From Phoronis australis (taxonomy: Eukaryota > Animalia > Phoronida), in NCBI GenBank assembly GCA_002633005.1, contig NMRA01000092.1:715116-779115 (forward strand): a DNA stretch of 64,000 nt, read 5' to 3'. Position 1 is the first letter of the stretch, and each line of letters begins with the position of its first letter. Below, in pieces: positions 41,501 to 53,059 of the stretch. A program made the translations under genes and the position numbers. The notes beneath the pieces are model-generated. The model searched no databases. It was not told where the DNA came from and was given only the letters and a program-made list of their open reading frames with translations.

Positions 41501-44500
41501 CGCTGCTCTATCTCCAAAACCCTTTGACATACGTTCATGAAATTTGGCACATTTGTTCCATTCATGAATGGGACGGCATGTGCGAACTTTCGGACGGATC
41601 CGACTACTGGTGTGCCCCCTAGTGGCAATTTTAGTTTTTTACGCTTACCTTTGTATCTTCAAAAGTCCTGAACGGATTTTCATGAAATTTGGTATGTAGG
41701 CACCTATTAGTGAGATGACGCTATCCTGCCGTTTTCAGATGGATTCGACNACATGAAGTCACACCGAGAATGGCTGGCTTTGAAGATTGAGCTGATCACT
41801 GAATACTTTCACAATGAGTGAGTAGTTTGATACATGCAAGACTGGCAAGATTCGCTCTGAATAGCCGCAAGCAAACTTAGGGGCATCTAAGGAGTTTTGC
41901 TGCCTTCCGCACAATGGTGGTACCATTTTTACGACCCCTTTGAATATTTCTGCTTTGAAATTTGTTGTTGACTCCTCCCTTTTAACATCCTAGATTTGTT
42001 ATTGATAGCTATGGAGTGTGACTAATGAATGAAATCTCCCGTGACTGCTCTGATTAAAAAGGATGTCTTTCATTGGGAAGAGCTGATCGTTGCTGTCTAT
42101 GCTCTCTTCATAAATTACCCGTCCAATTCAGCCAACCCATTGTGCATCTCGGATCCATCAAGTATTGGATTTTGTGTGTCAATGATCCAGTGATCTTTGG
42201 ATTTGTACGTTACTGATCCAATGATCCTTGGATTTGTGTCTCTGAACCAGCATTCCTTGGATTTGTGTGTCACTGATCCAGTGATCCTTGGATTTCTAGA
42301 AAACATAATGTTCATAGTCTCTGGTTGGCATTGAAAAATTAGAGAATCACTTACTGAGAGACAAATTTGATTGGTGACTGATGTTTTGACCTGGTCCACC
42401 AAGCCTAATCCAGTCATTAATTAAGGCTTTTCAACCAGGCTGAAAAGTTTTTCACCTATTAAATTCATCCCTCAGTCAGTGATTCTCTACTTTTCCAATC
42501 TGTAGATTTGTGTATCTCTGACCTAGTGTGTATCATCAATGACAAAGGTCTAAATTTTGTAGTAAGTGAGTTTAATTTTATAGATTGTTTTCACTGTAGT
42601 TTTGCTTCTTACAGAGTATTTGACTTCCCTGAAACTGCCTTCCTGGAAGGTGCTTCATCTGAATTTTGCTTCTTACAGAGTATTTGACTTCCCTGAAGCT
42701 GTCTTCCTGGAAGGTGCTTCATCTGAATTTTGCTTCTTACAGAGTATTTGACTTCCCTGAAACTGCCTTCCTGGAAGGTGCTTTATCTGAATATTGCTTC
42801 TTACAGAGTATTTGACTACCCTGAAACTGCCTTCCTGGAAGGCGCTTCAGCTGAATTTACAGAACATTTCATGATGTCTCTGGCTAGTTCAATAATGGAC
42901 TCTGACAAAGGTAAAGTTCCATTATGAACTTCAATCAATTCATTCCCTTAATCATGTGATTGATCTATACTAGTCAGGATCTGACTGATACAAACTACAA
43001 ACTTAAACTAGTCTACAAGTTCAACTGCTGACGTGTTAACTTCTATGATGAAATTCTTTTATTTGAAGATGGGCCCTGTCAGTGAAGCATGCACTTTTTG
43101 CTTTGTTGCTATGCAATTATTCAGCTTGGTTTATTCACACGAAGACCAAGTAACTCATTTGTGAATGAAGACTCTATATGGCTGACCTTAATGAAATCAT
43201 TTCCATTTGAAAACTTCCTGTTTGTTCTCCAAAACGGTTCATTGCAGGTTTTTTGAATACTTACTTGTTTTAATAAAGTATCATGAAACATTGTGGGTGT
43301 ATCTTTCCTTAAAAGATTCAAAAACAATCCTCAGATACCAATTTTACAATGTTTTAAGATACTCTGACGTATATTCTACATTCCTTCAAAATGTATTTAT
43401 CCCTGGAAATGCAGTTCCTAAAGGAACTTGGCATGAAAAACACTTTCCGTTTCAAATTATGTCTGAACATAATGTGATTGTTGCACTTTGACCCGTTTCC
43501 TTCCAGGTCGAAGATCGTTGATGCAGATACATAACCTACTTGTGAATAACATACCATGGCTGGTCACTCAGCTGGATATCCCTCCCACTTTCCATAGCAA
43601 CGACCGTGGTGGACATGTACAAGCACCATTTAATGTCAATGTAGGCTTGCCAGCTGATAGACAGTTTAATCCACTGGAGGAGTTCAGTTTGATTGGCACC
43701 AGCAAATTTGATCACGTGGGTTCATTTTTATTTAAAAAGGATACCAATGAGAGTTGCTTATAAATTCCTGGAACAGTCTGTTGAAGTGATGACCCACTTG
43801 ACTGTGTAAATGAATTTAATTTTAGTGGAAGGAAGATGTCTGTCACAGAACGTAGTTCTTTTACAGTCCTCCTTCAGTTCAATGGTGGAATTTTATGCTA
43901 CATTATGTTGTTCGGCTATACATCATATCAAGACTTCCACTGAAATGGAGACACTGACCTTTGGTTGTTTTTTGTGTACCTGCATGTGGCTACATCATGC
44001 CGTCATCCCCGTCCATCCGGTTCGCTTGTCTGACGTGGTGTCTGGCATCTGCTGCTGTGCCTCTAAAACCCCTTGATGGATGTTTATGAAATTTTGGAGA
44101 CATGACTGGGATGGCACGAGCGAAGATTTGAACGGATTTGACTACTGCTGATTCTCCTATTGGCAATTATAGTTTTTATGTTTGCGTCTGTGTCTGCATG
44201 TGTTCCTTAATGGTTTTCTACAAAATCTGCCAAATAGGTCTCTATTAAGGAGATGATGACATTTTTTTAGTTTTTGTATAGATTTGATGTATTCTCTGCC
44301 ATCTGGTGCCCATCTGTATTGTTTTTGAATGTTTTTGGCACCTCCTCTCTATCTGCCGAACCAGTCAAACAATCTTGGAAATTGGAAAATGTGTTCCTAT
44401 TGAGAAAAGCAGAGTTGATGTTAATTTTCACACAGCCTTGACTCCAGTAGCCCCCTGTAATGGCAGTTTTTTTGTATCCACGGTTGCTTCTTGTAATTCC

Positions 44501-45076
44501 CTTGCAAGATCTTTGTTAACTTTACCGTGTACCTTCCTTTGAACATGATAATTGACAACTTTTTGGCAGATATAGCTACTGCTGTGCTCCCTAGTGACAA
44601 CTTTATTTTTTACTTTTGTTTCTTATGTCTGGAGAATCATTATGAAAGGTGACATGATTTTTTCTTTGAAGAGAGGATTGTTGACTTGCTGTCCACCACG
44701 TTATTTCAGGTTTACCATTGCTTCCTTTGGGGGAATGTTTAAAATAATGATCCTCCCTGAACTGTATGTGTTGCACGCAATGGGCACATATCAACGCTTC
44801 ACGTTTTTCTCGTTAGTAACTGCAGGATGTTTCAGCCATTTCCCAAGATGTTCACTTCAAGGTAACTATGTGTCGTTCCAGTCATCTATTCAGATGTTCA
44901 GCTGGGACTGGACGACTCTTCTGCAATCTGACCTTGGTCTGAGCGAGACGACCTTCAAGACCCTGCTGTACCATCGACACGAGTTTCAAGATGGCTCCTA
45001 TCTTCAGGAAAATGAAAAGAGGCCTGTTGAGGTGCTAAGGGCCAAGTTTGACTCCACGCCTGTTGGCCTTGTGTAA
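20590..45076 (+). CDS. KIAA0825: KIAA0825-like protein; 20 coding exons, one cut by an assembly gap
   Basis: Phase-consistent exons: 20590-20702, 21247-21418, 22592-23495, 25234-25377, 25864-26093, 26491-26753, 27227-27380, 27914-28104, 28386-28565, 29758-29889, 30034-30124, 30956-31197, 32485-32539 (second copy 33238-33292), 33909-34104, 34743-34903, 36107-36251, 41751-41817 (after N), 42807-42910, 43507-43715, 44882-45076. Motifs recalled from human KIAA0825: LWEDICIRFRRYF, LCTLYPSSEV, DAESHNW..KEFHEGERCSFPVQMWNY, FNPL, WDWTTLL...LGLSETTFKTLL. Confidence 0.88.
30270..30392. repeat. Short imperfect palindromic element
   Basis: tgaatgttattaacc..ggttgctgcg..aaatatttt pairs with aaaatattt..cgcagcaacc..ctaataacattca. 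Confidence 0.7.
32186..32296. mobile_element. Short MITE (PIF/Harbinger-like ends)
   Basis: gtttcatgaaaagtgacttaagacaga pairs with tctgtcttaagtc..gtcactttcatgaaac. Confidence 0.6.
32246..33595. repeat. About 597-bp direct duplication (32246-32842 / 32999-33595) around the N at 32843, including a 55-nt exon; probable unmerged alleles
   Basis: Offset 753 bp; about five substitutions seen. Confidence 0.85.
35624..35797. repeat. 11-bp minisatellite (ATGCATYACAC)n
   Basis: About 15 copies; explains the low-complexity ORFs at 35554-35853. Confidence 0.95.
36329..36937. mobile_element. MITE with GGCC-type ends (PIF/Harbinger-like)
   Basis: ggcctattccaagaaac...gttttcttgtaatgggcc, with internal inverted cttaag motifs. 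Confidence 0.55.
40155..40513. mobile_element. Interspersed repeat ending AGTTCCACT-TTAA (Kolobok-like), copy 1
   Basis: Colinear with 52487-52845 (gacaacttgtaaatgtgaaaacaaaa, ccttgggggctcacatagcc). Confidence 0.7.
41403..41749 (+). mobile_element. Helentron-associated (HINE/DINE-1-like) repeat with a (CCGT)n core, cut by the gap
   Basis: ttttatgcgcccac...(ccgt)n...ctctatctccaaaacc..atgaaatttggca layout; a related copy lies at 43968-44420. Confidence 0.6.
42153..42297. repeat. Degenerate tandem repeat of about 29 bp, about 5 copies
   Basis: Recurring gatccaRtgatccttggatttgtg. Confidence 0.8.
42600..42858 (+). repeat. 64-bp tandem repeat x4 spanning an intron/exon junction of the KIAA0825-like gene
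   Basis: Unit ttgcttcttacAG|agtatttgact...tctgaat; the AGs end at 42614, 42678, 42742 and 42806. Confidence 0.95.
43968..44420 (+). mobile_element. Older copy of the same HINE-like repeat
   Basis: atgccgtcatccccgtccatcc...aaaacccc.tga..atgaaattt...gactactg..tggcaatt matches the 41403 copy. Confidence 0.55.
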
Positions 45077-47442
45077 CACCACTCTTTGAAATGATGAGAA
45101 ATGCCATTTGTGTCAGTTTTTGTAGCTTTTACTGACTTGTGGAAGACGATGAACTTCTCCCAGACACACTTGTCTAGTGGCGCACGCACTTGTGCATTTT
45201 TATTATCAGAAGATTGATCAGTTACTTAAAATGAACATTCAGGAAGGCTTCCTATCAAGTGGCTTACGAGTAATTAGCATAATAAATTATAATGTCTAAG
45301 ATACTAACATTCTGGCCAATGACGTGTGTTCTCTATGAACAAATAGTGCCAAATAGCAAGTTACATCACTGAAATGTAATTTTCTCAGGATAACAGGGCA
45401 AATTTGTCATCTGACTTTTAGAAGGCAGTTAAGACAACTGTCGAGTGTTCACAGTTGAATTTTTAAGACAGAAGATCAGATGTCCAATCTGTCTTCTGAC
45501 CACACAGCATGTGAAAGCTCATTGTGCCAGTGTTATGAATGAGTGATGCTTGTCAACACATATACTGAAACTCTTCAGTGGTGAGTGTTTGCTAATTACT
45601 GTTATTAAGTGTCAAACAGAAAGAATTGTCGAAATTGCTGCTGGTTTTTGCATTTTTCAAAAGCTTTCTGCATTGGTATTATAGTGCTCATAATTTGGCC
45701 ATGTGATGGTCGATGACAGCTGTGCAGTGCATACAAAACTTAAATGAAGTAAAATGTCCTTCCTGTTTTTCATTGAAAAACCAGACAAAGTAGATATTAA
45801 ATGTATTACCATGTTGTGTTGTATTGAAATGTTATCCAGTGTTAAGATTGTTGTGATCATGGCTTGATATTTTGATTATGTAATGTTGGTTTTAATTACC
45901 TCACTCTGTTAGCTTAGAGATTGCCCTACAGTCGAACCTAGTTATAAGGAACATCTTGGGACCTGTTCATATTGTTCATTCTAGTTGTAGTCTGCTGTAA
46001 CCAAATTTGAGCAAATAAAAAACCATATAATGCTATTAGAGTTGGTGAAAAAAACAAATTGACTTATACTGTACATGCGTTACCTGAAGACAGTTGCATC
46101 GTAAACACCTGTGGAGGTGAATGGACCTCTAGCACCCAGAAATCATTACTCTTTAACCCTCCATTTACTCAAGTACCTGTCACATGTATCTGTGCAACCA
46201 GGCTGTGCACAAATATCAAATCAGGCAGGTGCTGGTTCGCAGTAGTCAATGAAGTGTCCATTGTGACATTGCAACCTCATGAACTAAGGTAAACTGAGAT
46301 TTGTTGAATGGAATGTTCTAAACAGTCAACTTTATAAAGTGGGTTCGTTTTAAGGTGATATGGCAGCATAAGATTTTGAAGAACTGTGGTACACTATCAT
46401 GGTGAACCACGGCACTTGCACTGACCTCTCATTGTTTTTATAGCTTATCGTTTATTGTTGTTGTCTACTGTAATTCTGTTTACATACTGCGTGTGAAAAT
46501 TTACTGTGGGTGTTGTAGTCATTGCCTGTTTACATATGGTCTTTTATTATTTATTTTGATTATTTGGTTGATATTCCATTGTTTAATTCATTCCGTCCCT
46601 CATACAATTAAGTTCAAGGCCTATTTTTGAGTTGTTGGTGATATTTTTCTTGTTCCATTTTCATGTCAAGTTATATCTGCATTTTTATGGTCCCACATTA
46701 ACCTATGTCATCACTTTCTGAGCGTCAGCGTTAGCTGATGAACGTCCAGCGTCTGCTGCTGCATGTCATTTCAATTTTTTAGTATATTAGAGATCTTTAA
46801 AGATTATCATTGACTTTAGTCTTCTTTTTAATTTTTTCAATTTCGTTTTACTTGTCACGTTCAGGCGGATATCAAATCTCAATAATTTATTAATTAATTA
46901 GTGTGAAGCGAAAACAGACAGTGATTTTATGTAGTCTCCATAAAAACATATCATATACCACGTGACCAACTATTGTGTTACCCGCCGCACGTGCTTAGGT
47001 GGTTGTTTTAACCGGAATGGTCAGACTAGCATCATGCGATCTAGCATAACTTCCGAATCAGAATCAACAGCAGCGCTTCACAGCCGATTCACATGACAAC
47101 TCTGGGCCTGTACCACCAAGCTTCATTGGAGAAATTTTGAAATCGTAATGCGACCTACTTGATAGATATCCGGGTATGCCACGGTAGTGCAATAAGAAAC
47201 GTGACAGGTAAAAAATGATATTTGATTGTTGGTGAGTGACTGGTGTTCATGAGTAGGCCTTACGAAACAGATAGTATTTTGTTCAATGGATATGTATGTG
47301 GTTTTTGAAAAGAAAAAAAATAAACGTAACTGCTTATTCTCAGTTTATATTTTTGGTGTTTTTTCACAAGCTTGTATTGGGTTTTGCGGCGTCTATGTTT
47401 TCAATGCATATTGGCAGCTGAACCTTACACGTGAATGCATTA

Positions 47443-48384
47443 TTGGTGGAATACACAACACTTTTCGTTGTCAACAATCTTTATTCTGTTCCGTTCGTGT
47501 CCTCGGAACTTAGTTCTTATAAGACAAACATTTGTGAATGATGGTACACCAAAGCTTTTTTAGATCGTCATATATTAGTCGATTCATGTCCGAAATTAAT
47601 TTTGAATCCTGTGCACGTCGGACCAGTTTGGCCAAAAAGGTATTTTACAAAAATGTTATGTCCAACAATTACCTCCAGGACGAACTCGCCATTAAGAAAA
47701 TCATTAGGGATAATGTTAAAGTTTGTAATCCCGATGATAACCTCGATGTCGTTATTTTTTATCGGAATGGGAAGTCCTCCAACTTCGTCATGAAAAATAA
47801 CATTTCTAAACCGAAAGCCCCAGTGTAGTGCTGTTTATGAGTCTTTAGGCCCTGTGAACGAATGTCTTCGTTCGAATGTCCAACAATGTTATCTATGCAT
47901 CTTCATAATGGCGCCATCCAAGATCATTTTCTACAAGGTCATGAACTTAAAGTCACCCGTCAAGAAATTGTGGAAAACACATCCATTCGATATACGTTGA
48001 GCACGACGTTCTGCGATTGAAATATTGGAGGTCCTTTTAATTACATTCGAGAAGTCTGTTTTGAATGAGCTGCAAACAGGGTCGCGCAGCACGCTACTTT
48101 TGTTTGCGTGACTTTCCTGTTACCCCCTTCATTTGTCATTCTTTGCACTATTTCACACCTCCCGAGTCCCACTTTTTCCTACCTTTGCTCTGTGGTGATA
48201 CTACTGCGTCTTTTTATTTCCACTTGGGAATGATCAAGTGTGTTTTGAAATAACGTGTCTTTTAATCATGTCTTTTGGTCAGTTGCTTTGCCAATGTTCT
48301 GTTTGGTGTCGAAGTTTGTTCCGAGGATACGAACGGAACGGAATAAAAATTGTTAACAACGACAAGTGTTGTGTATTCAACCAA
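47443..48384 (+). mobile_element. Decayed 5'-truncated Penelope-like retroelement with an inverted terminal copy
   Basis: 47538-47828 encodes FYKNVMSNNYLQDELAIKKII...VVIFYRNGKSSNFVMKNN, resembling the PLE linker. About 47908-48050 encodes GAIQDHFLQGH...TRQEIVENTSI, resembling the distal part of a GIY-YIG domain, and is frameshifted. 47443-47509 is the reverse complement of 48318-48384. Confidence 0.7.
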
Positions 48385-49061
48385 GACGCTTCCGAGGTGC
48401 AGTTAGTTCATGCATTACAGATTATACAAAAGGTGACGGGCATTTGCGTGGGATGGCGTTGAAATGCAGTGACTCGACTATAGACATAGAGACCCTATAT
48501 CTATGGTCTCGACAACTCGCTATGGAAATTGTTTTTGTAGTACAAACAGCACAGTGTGCGTCTTTGATCAAATTATGTACTTTTCAACGATGGTCTAAAT
48601 TTTATCATGATGTTTGTTGTAGCTTATGTCAAAGCTTTCAAAATGTTTTTTGATACTTGACTAAGTTTTGCAGAGACTCTTCAGTTAAGTCCTGCATACC
48701 TTGTACAAACTGGTGGTCCTTTGAGAAGAGTTCCTTGAAATTCCAGCGACTGTTGCCTGAAGCCTTATTTAGGGTGTTTTCGAGAATTCTGGATACATGG
48801 TTAGCGTCCCACACGAAACAGAGACCCATGATGAAGCCGCGGTACCCCGGAACAAAACTTGAATTTTTTTAGTGAGCAAGACCTCTGGTAGCTATTATTA
48901 AGTCGTGTGCTTGTGATCAAATTAGATGTGTATCAACAAAACGCGCTAATTATGATAATGAATATATTTAAGAAATACTCCAGTACATGCAGATAGCTGG
49001 ATGTCTGTATGTATGATTACTTTGAATAGATATTAAACTTTAAAAGTCCGGGCTGTTGTTA

Positions 49062-50522
49062 TTAGTCATCTGTTTTCGGAGCACAACAACAGAAAAGTCT
49101 ACGACAAACTTGTAAAAAGCCATTTTTTCTTGATTTTTTTCCCTTAAATCGTATCCGCTTATCAATTTGTTGCCTAGGTGAGTGCTTCGTTTCTACTTGG
49201 CTATTCATAACCACGTCGAAGGCATCGTTATTCAGCGTCTCTCTTATGTGAGGAACGCTGTGGTACCCAGAACAGTTGGAAAGCAATGCCTTTACACCCA
49301 TTATTGGTTTGAGTTTCCTGTACTCTGTGTATAAATTATCTGAGATATTATTAACAGGCGGTCCTGACGGAAGTAAGGATAGGTGGGGAATGGAAGCGCC
49401 CAATTCAGTGGGTTGGTCATCCAAACTTATGATGTCGTCTTTCGGTGGTTTTATTGATTCGAGTAGAGCAAGTAGGACTTGTTTGGCATCCCTCCGATTA
49501 CCCATTTGGGTTGATTCATGCCGTTGACGTTGCACGTCCTGGATGACATCTCTGTGAAAGTTGTTCGCTCCAAGCGTCTCGGACATTTCATTCAACTGAG
49601 CTTTTTCATTAAAGCCAAGCTCCCTATCTTTGATACGGTCCAACGATCCAGATGCTTTTTCCTTGACATTCGTTGCCGCCATGTCACTCTCATAATATTC
49701 TGAAGTATAGTGAACTTCCTCTTCAAAATCAGTAATTGTGTAACGGTTGACTTTGTTGGATAGAACTTCGCTATGTCTCACGACTACACCTTGAGCTGGC
49801 GTCCCTTCCTCTTCACACTGGTACTGGACAATGGGCGCAACTATCGGGAGTTCGAGATGGAAGGGAGGAGGGATCATTTGAGTGTACCTGTCAACCATAA
49901 TCGGGACGTCATCTTCTGTAGGTGGCTTTATAGATTCAAGTAGTTCGAGCAGCGCCTGTTTCGCGTCTTTCCTATTGAATGTTGACGTCGATGCATGCCG
50001 TTGGTCATCCATTTCCAGGATGTCATGCGGGACGTTCTCGTTATCAACAAACAGGACCTTGGCATCTTCGTCATCAACAGTATTGGTATATTCCTGCACC
50101 TGGACGTCCGCTGGCGACTTGTCTATGTGCGTTTCAAACGTGACAGTCTCCTCTGTCAACAAAACTTTCTCGTTGAGAGCCACATCGTTTTGCGGGGCGG
50201 ACGATTCAGAGACTACACCCATTGCCACTTCGTTGTTATCATGACAACATCGGGCGTCGTGGTGACCGTCCTCTTCGGCATTCACGGGGCAACTATTTTT
50301 CTCAGGTAGGACCTTGAGCTCGAGACTGCTGTTTTCATTGTCATGGTGGGCAAATTTACCGCCATCTCCCACGACGAACCGGTGAAGCGAACAACAAATG
50401 AAGTCGTTAAATGCAACTCCGATTTTCTTAACATTGTACCAAATACAAGTAATAAACAGCAAGAAATTCTCACAAAATATTTGCCAAACCTTTCCAAGCA
50501 TCTTTGACACTTGAAAAACCAT
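49062..50522 (-). CDS. Intronless 486-aa uncharacterised acidic protein with an internal repeat and a Cys-rich basic C-terminus
   Basis: 1461-nt open frame from ATG to TAA in AT-rich DNA. Duplicated motif NRKDAKQALLELLESIKPPTEDD / NRRDAKQVLLALLESIKPPKDD; hydrophobic N-terminal patch; C-terminus KGKKSRK...RRLFCCC. Confidence 0.75.
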   Translation of the reverse strand: MVFQVSKMLGKVWQIFCENFLLFITCIWYNVKKIGVAFNDFICCSLHRFVVGDGGKFAHHDNENSSLELKVLPEKNSCPVNAEEDGHHDARCCHDNNEVAMGVVSESSAPQNDVALNEKVLLTEETVTFETHIDKSPADVQVQEYTNTVDDEDAKVLFVDNENVPHDILEMDDQRHASTSTFNRKDAKQALLELLESIKPPTEDDVPIMVDRYTQMIPPPFHLELPIVAPIVQYQCEEEGTPAQGVVVRHSEVLSNKVNRYTITDFEEEVHYTSEYYESDMAATNVKEKASGSLDRIKDRELGFNEKAQLNEMSETLGANNFHRDVIQDVQRQRHESTQMGNRRDAKQVLLALLESIKPPKDDIISLDDQPTELGASIPHLSLLPSGPPVNNISDNLYTEYRKLKPIMGVKALLSNCSGYHSVPHIRETLNNDAFDVVMNSQVETKHSPRQQIDKRIRFKGKKSRKNGFLQVCRRLFCCCAPKTDD

Positions 50523-51601
50523 CTTTAAACTAACTGCGAATAGTATACGTCATTAATCATTGTACGTCACAAATTAAACGTGTCACTAACAGACTGTTAC
50601 CTGTGTCTCAAGAGTAATTTGATTGAGAGCTGTTAAAGCGTCCATAAATTCACTTCTTTAGTAAAAGTTGACATTTGAAGAAAAATAAGACCTTATCGAC
50701 GGGTCTGTGTTGGACAAATACCCTGAAATCTATAGATTCAAGTGGAAAGCCTATAGAATTCGGTTTTTGGCTTTTTGAAACTATGTGCTTAATTGGGTCA
50801 TGTGACCATGTCTTTTGTAAAATTTGGCAAAAAGTCAGAGATACATTGGTAGGAAAACACTGCAATCAACACCATGGCAAAATTTCATTTGATGTAAATG
50901 TTCAAAACGAAAACTTAAAAAAGCTATAGTTACAGTTTTCTAAGTAATCATTTCGTTATCGATTTATGCAATTATTGATTTCCATCCCATTTTTAATAGC
51001 CGTCTTCCAAAATCAAAGTTTCTGAAAGTTTCTTATGAATCTGATCAGCCATTTTTAAGACACGATATTCCGAAATTTGACAAATCAAGCTACTTTCTAA
51101 GGTCCTACATAAGGGTAACACCCTGAAGGGGTGGTACACATGTCAGTCTCTTCATTATGTTGCTGAGGTCTGTATCACTTCGCAGTAACGGCATATAAAA
51201 GAAGTTGAGACATATCAACAAAAGTTGTAAAGCGCGTTATCTCTCCTTTCTTCCGTTTTAGTTAACTGATTTTGACCGTTTTAAGAATGAAAATATTCAC
51301 TTTTTAGTGCTTATAATCCAGAATGTCTAAAATGTTAGTGAAACAACGCTGCCACAAACAGGCAGTGATCATCACTTTCACCGATCATTGTTTCCTAATT
51401 CATAAACAGAAGAAGCCAGTCAAACGTCTTCCACCCTAGACATAATTTCGTGACAAACTTGGAAATAACCAATTTTTCTTTAAAATTTTAAAATTCTTGT
51501 TTATTTAGCTGAATATGTGATTATTTAGGTTGATGGTGTTCATTTCATTAGCGAACTGAAACATCAAAAACTAAACAAATTGTCATGGGAACGCTTTTTA
51601 A

Positions 51602-51669
51602 ATAGATGAGTTTCAATACACCGCTCAAGAACTTAAAAGTTCTTGAGCGGTGTATTGAAACTCATCTAT
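51602..51669. repeat. Perfect inverted repeat, 33-bp arms, 2-nt spacer
   Basis: atagatgagtttcaatacaccgctcaagaactt-aa-aagttcttgagcggtgtattgaaactcatctat. Confidence 0.95.
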
Positions 51670-52486
51670 ATACTTCATAGTAATAGCGTCCAGTGGCCGG
51701 TTTCATGAAACAGTCCCAAATAGGTACTAATCTAAGTTTCCTAAATCTTTCGTTTCTTTAGGAACCTGTATAATAGTTTTCTATAATTTCATGAGCTCTT
51801 CTTTAACTAATGGCATTTTCCAACAATAAATCTAAAACTGAGCCCTTAATTCAGTCAAAATATTTAAGGACTTAGTCCTTAATTTGGGGACATTGCTTGA
51901 AAAGATCCCTACGTATTTTCATTGATACTGAGATTTCAATGTATGCACTCTCGATCAAAGCCAAAAATTGGCATAGTATTGATACTCAAACGGCATAAAT
52001 AGGACAACCAGTGTTTTCACAAGCTCGCAAATACGCAATAGATTTAGGGAAGTTAGATGAGTACCTATTTAGCACTGTTACATGCAACCGGCAGAGGTCT
52101 TCTTTCTGTTGCTTTATGTTAAGAAGTTTTTTCATGACCTCGGACATGAACATTACAAAAAAGACAAATTTGGTTGTCAACGTCTACGGTCTTTTCCAGT
52201 GAAAAAATTGCTCCTGCGAAGTACACTATACCTCAATGATCTCGCCCAAAAGGAATTGAACTCCTGCTATTTGTTGATTCTAAGCTTAAAACCTCCACGA
52301 AAAAAGCATTCATAACATAAGTACTGACGTAACTGCTAACAAGTTGAGCTGTTGATCTGAGCATACGAAAATAACGTGAGGAAAAAATAACAAAAGCCAA
52401 CCCCCACTTGGCACTCCGGTACTATGGTATAACCCTGAACCGTGTGAGTAAGGATCGCAGTACTATAGCAAGCTCCTTGCTCCTAA

Positions 52487-52845
52487 CTATGCTTACGTTT
52501 AGCATGAACTAAAAGACAATGCTAACTGAACATACGCTAAACAAAGTGCAGTTGTATTCTTTGACAACTTGTAAATGTGAAAACAAAAAAATCTGCAAAT
52601 AGGTGACTTTTGCACTGATGACGTACCTTGGGGGCTCACATAGCCTGCAGCATGCAACGTTATTCCCCAACTTTATTCGTTTGAGTGATTTACGGCGGAC
52701 CACTTTTGACTCAAAACTCGTTCTTAAAAACATTTGACAATTTTCCACCGACTTCATACTCACATCGTCGCTATATGTTGTGTTTCCACCAAATTTGCCC
52801 AAGCAGTCATTGAGATAAGGAATTAGCGTGCAAGTTCCATTTTAA
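52487..52845. mobile_element. Same repeat family, copy 2
   Basis: Colinear with 40155-40513; ends agttccattttaa. Confidence 0.7.
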
Positions 52846-53059
52846 AAAGATAATTATCTAAAAATTTACGTAGAGGTCAACAGTGCAATACGACAGGGAC
52901 GTACAAAAAATACACTGCTTGATACAGATGTACAAAGCTAGCATTCGCATACCTCTTCAAGCATCCTGCGAAAAATAACTGGTCCTACACTGAATTCGAC
53001 AAGCTTGGATGATCTTTAACTCAGTATAACCTTTTCAATCTGCAAAGTACATGTTCGTG

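Noticed and set aside
42600-42858. CRISPR-like array reading of this and the other tandem repeats (6153, 42153, 53060)
   Set aside because: Units are contiguous with no unique spacers, there are no cas genes, and the context is a spliced animal genome.
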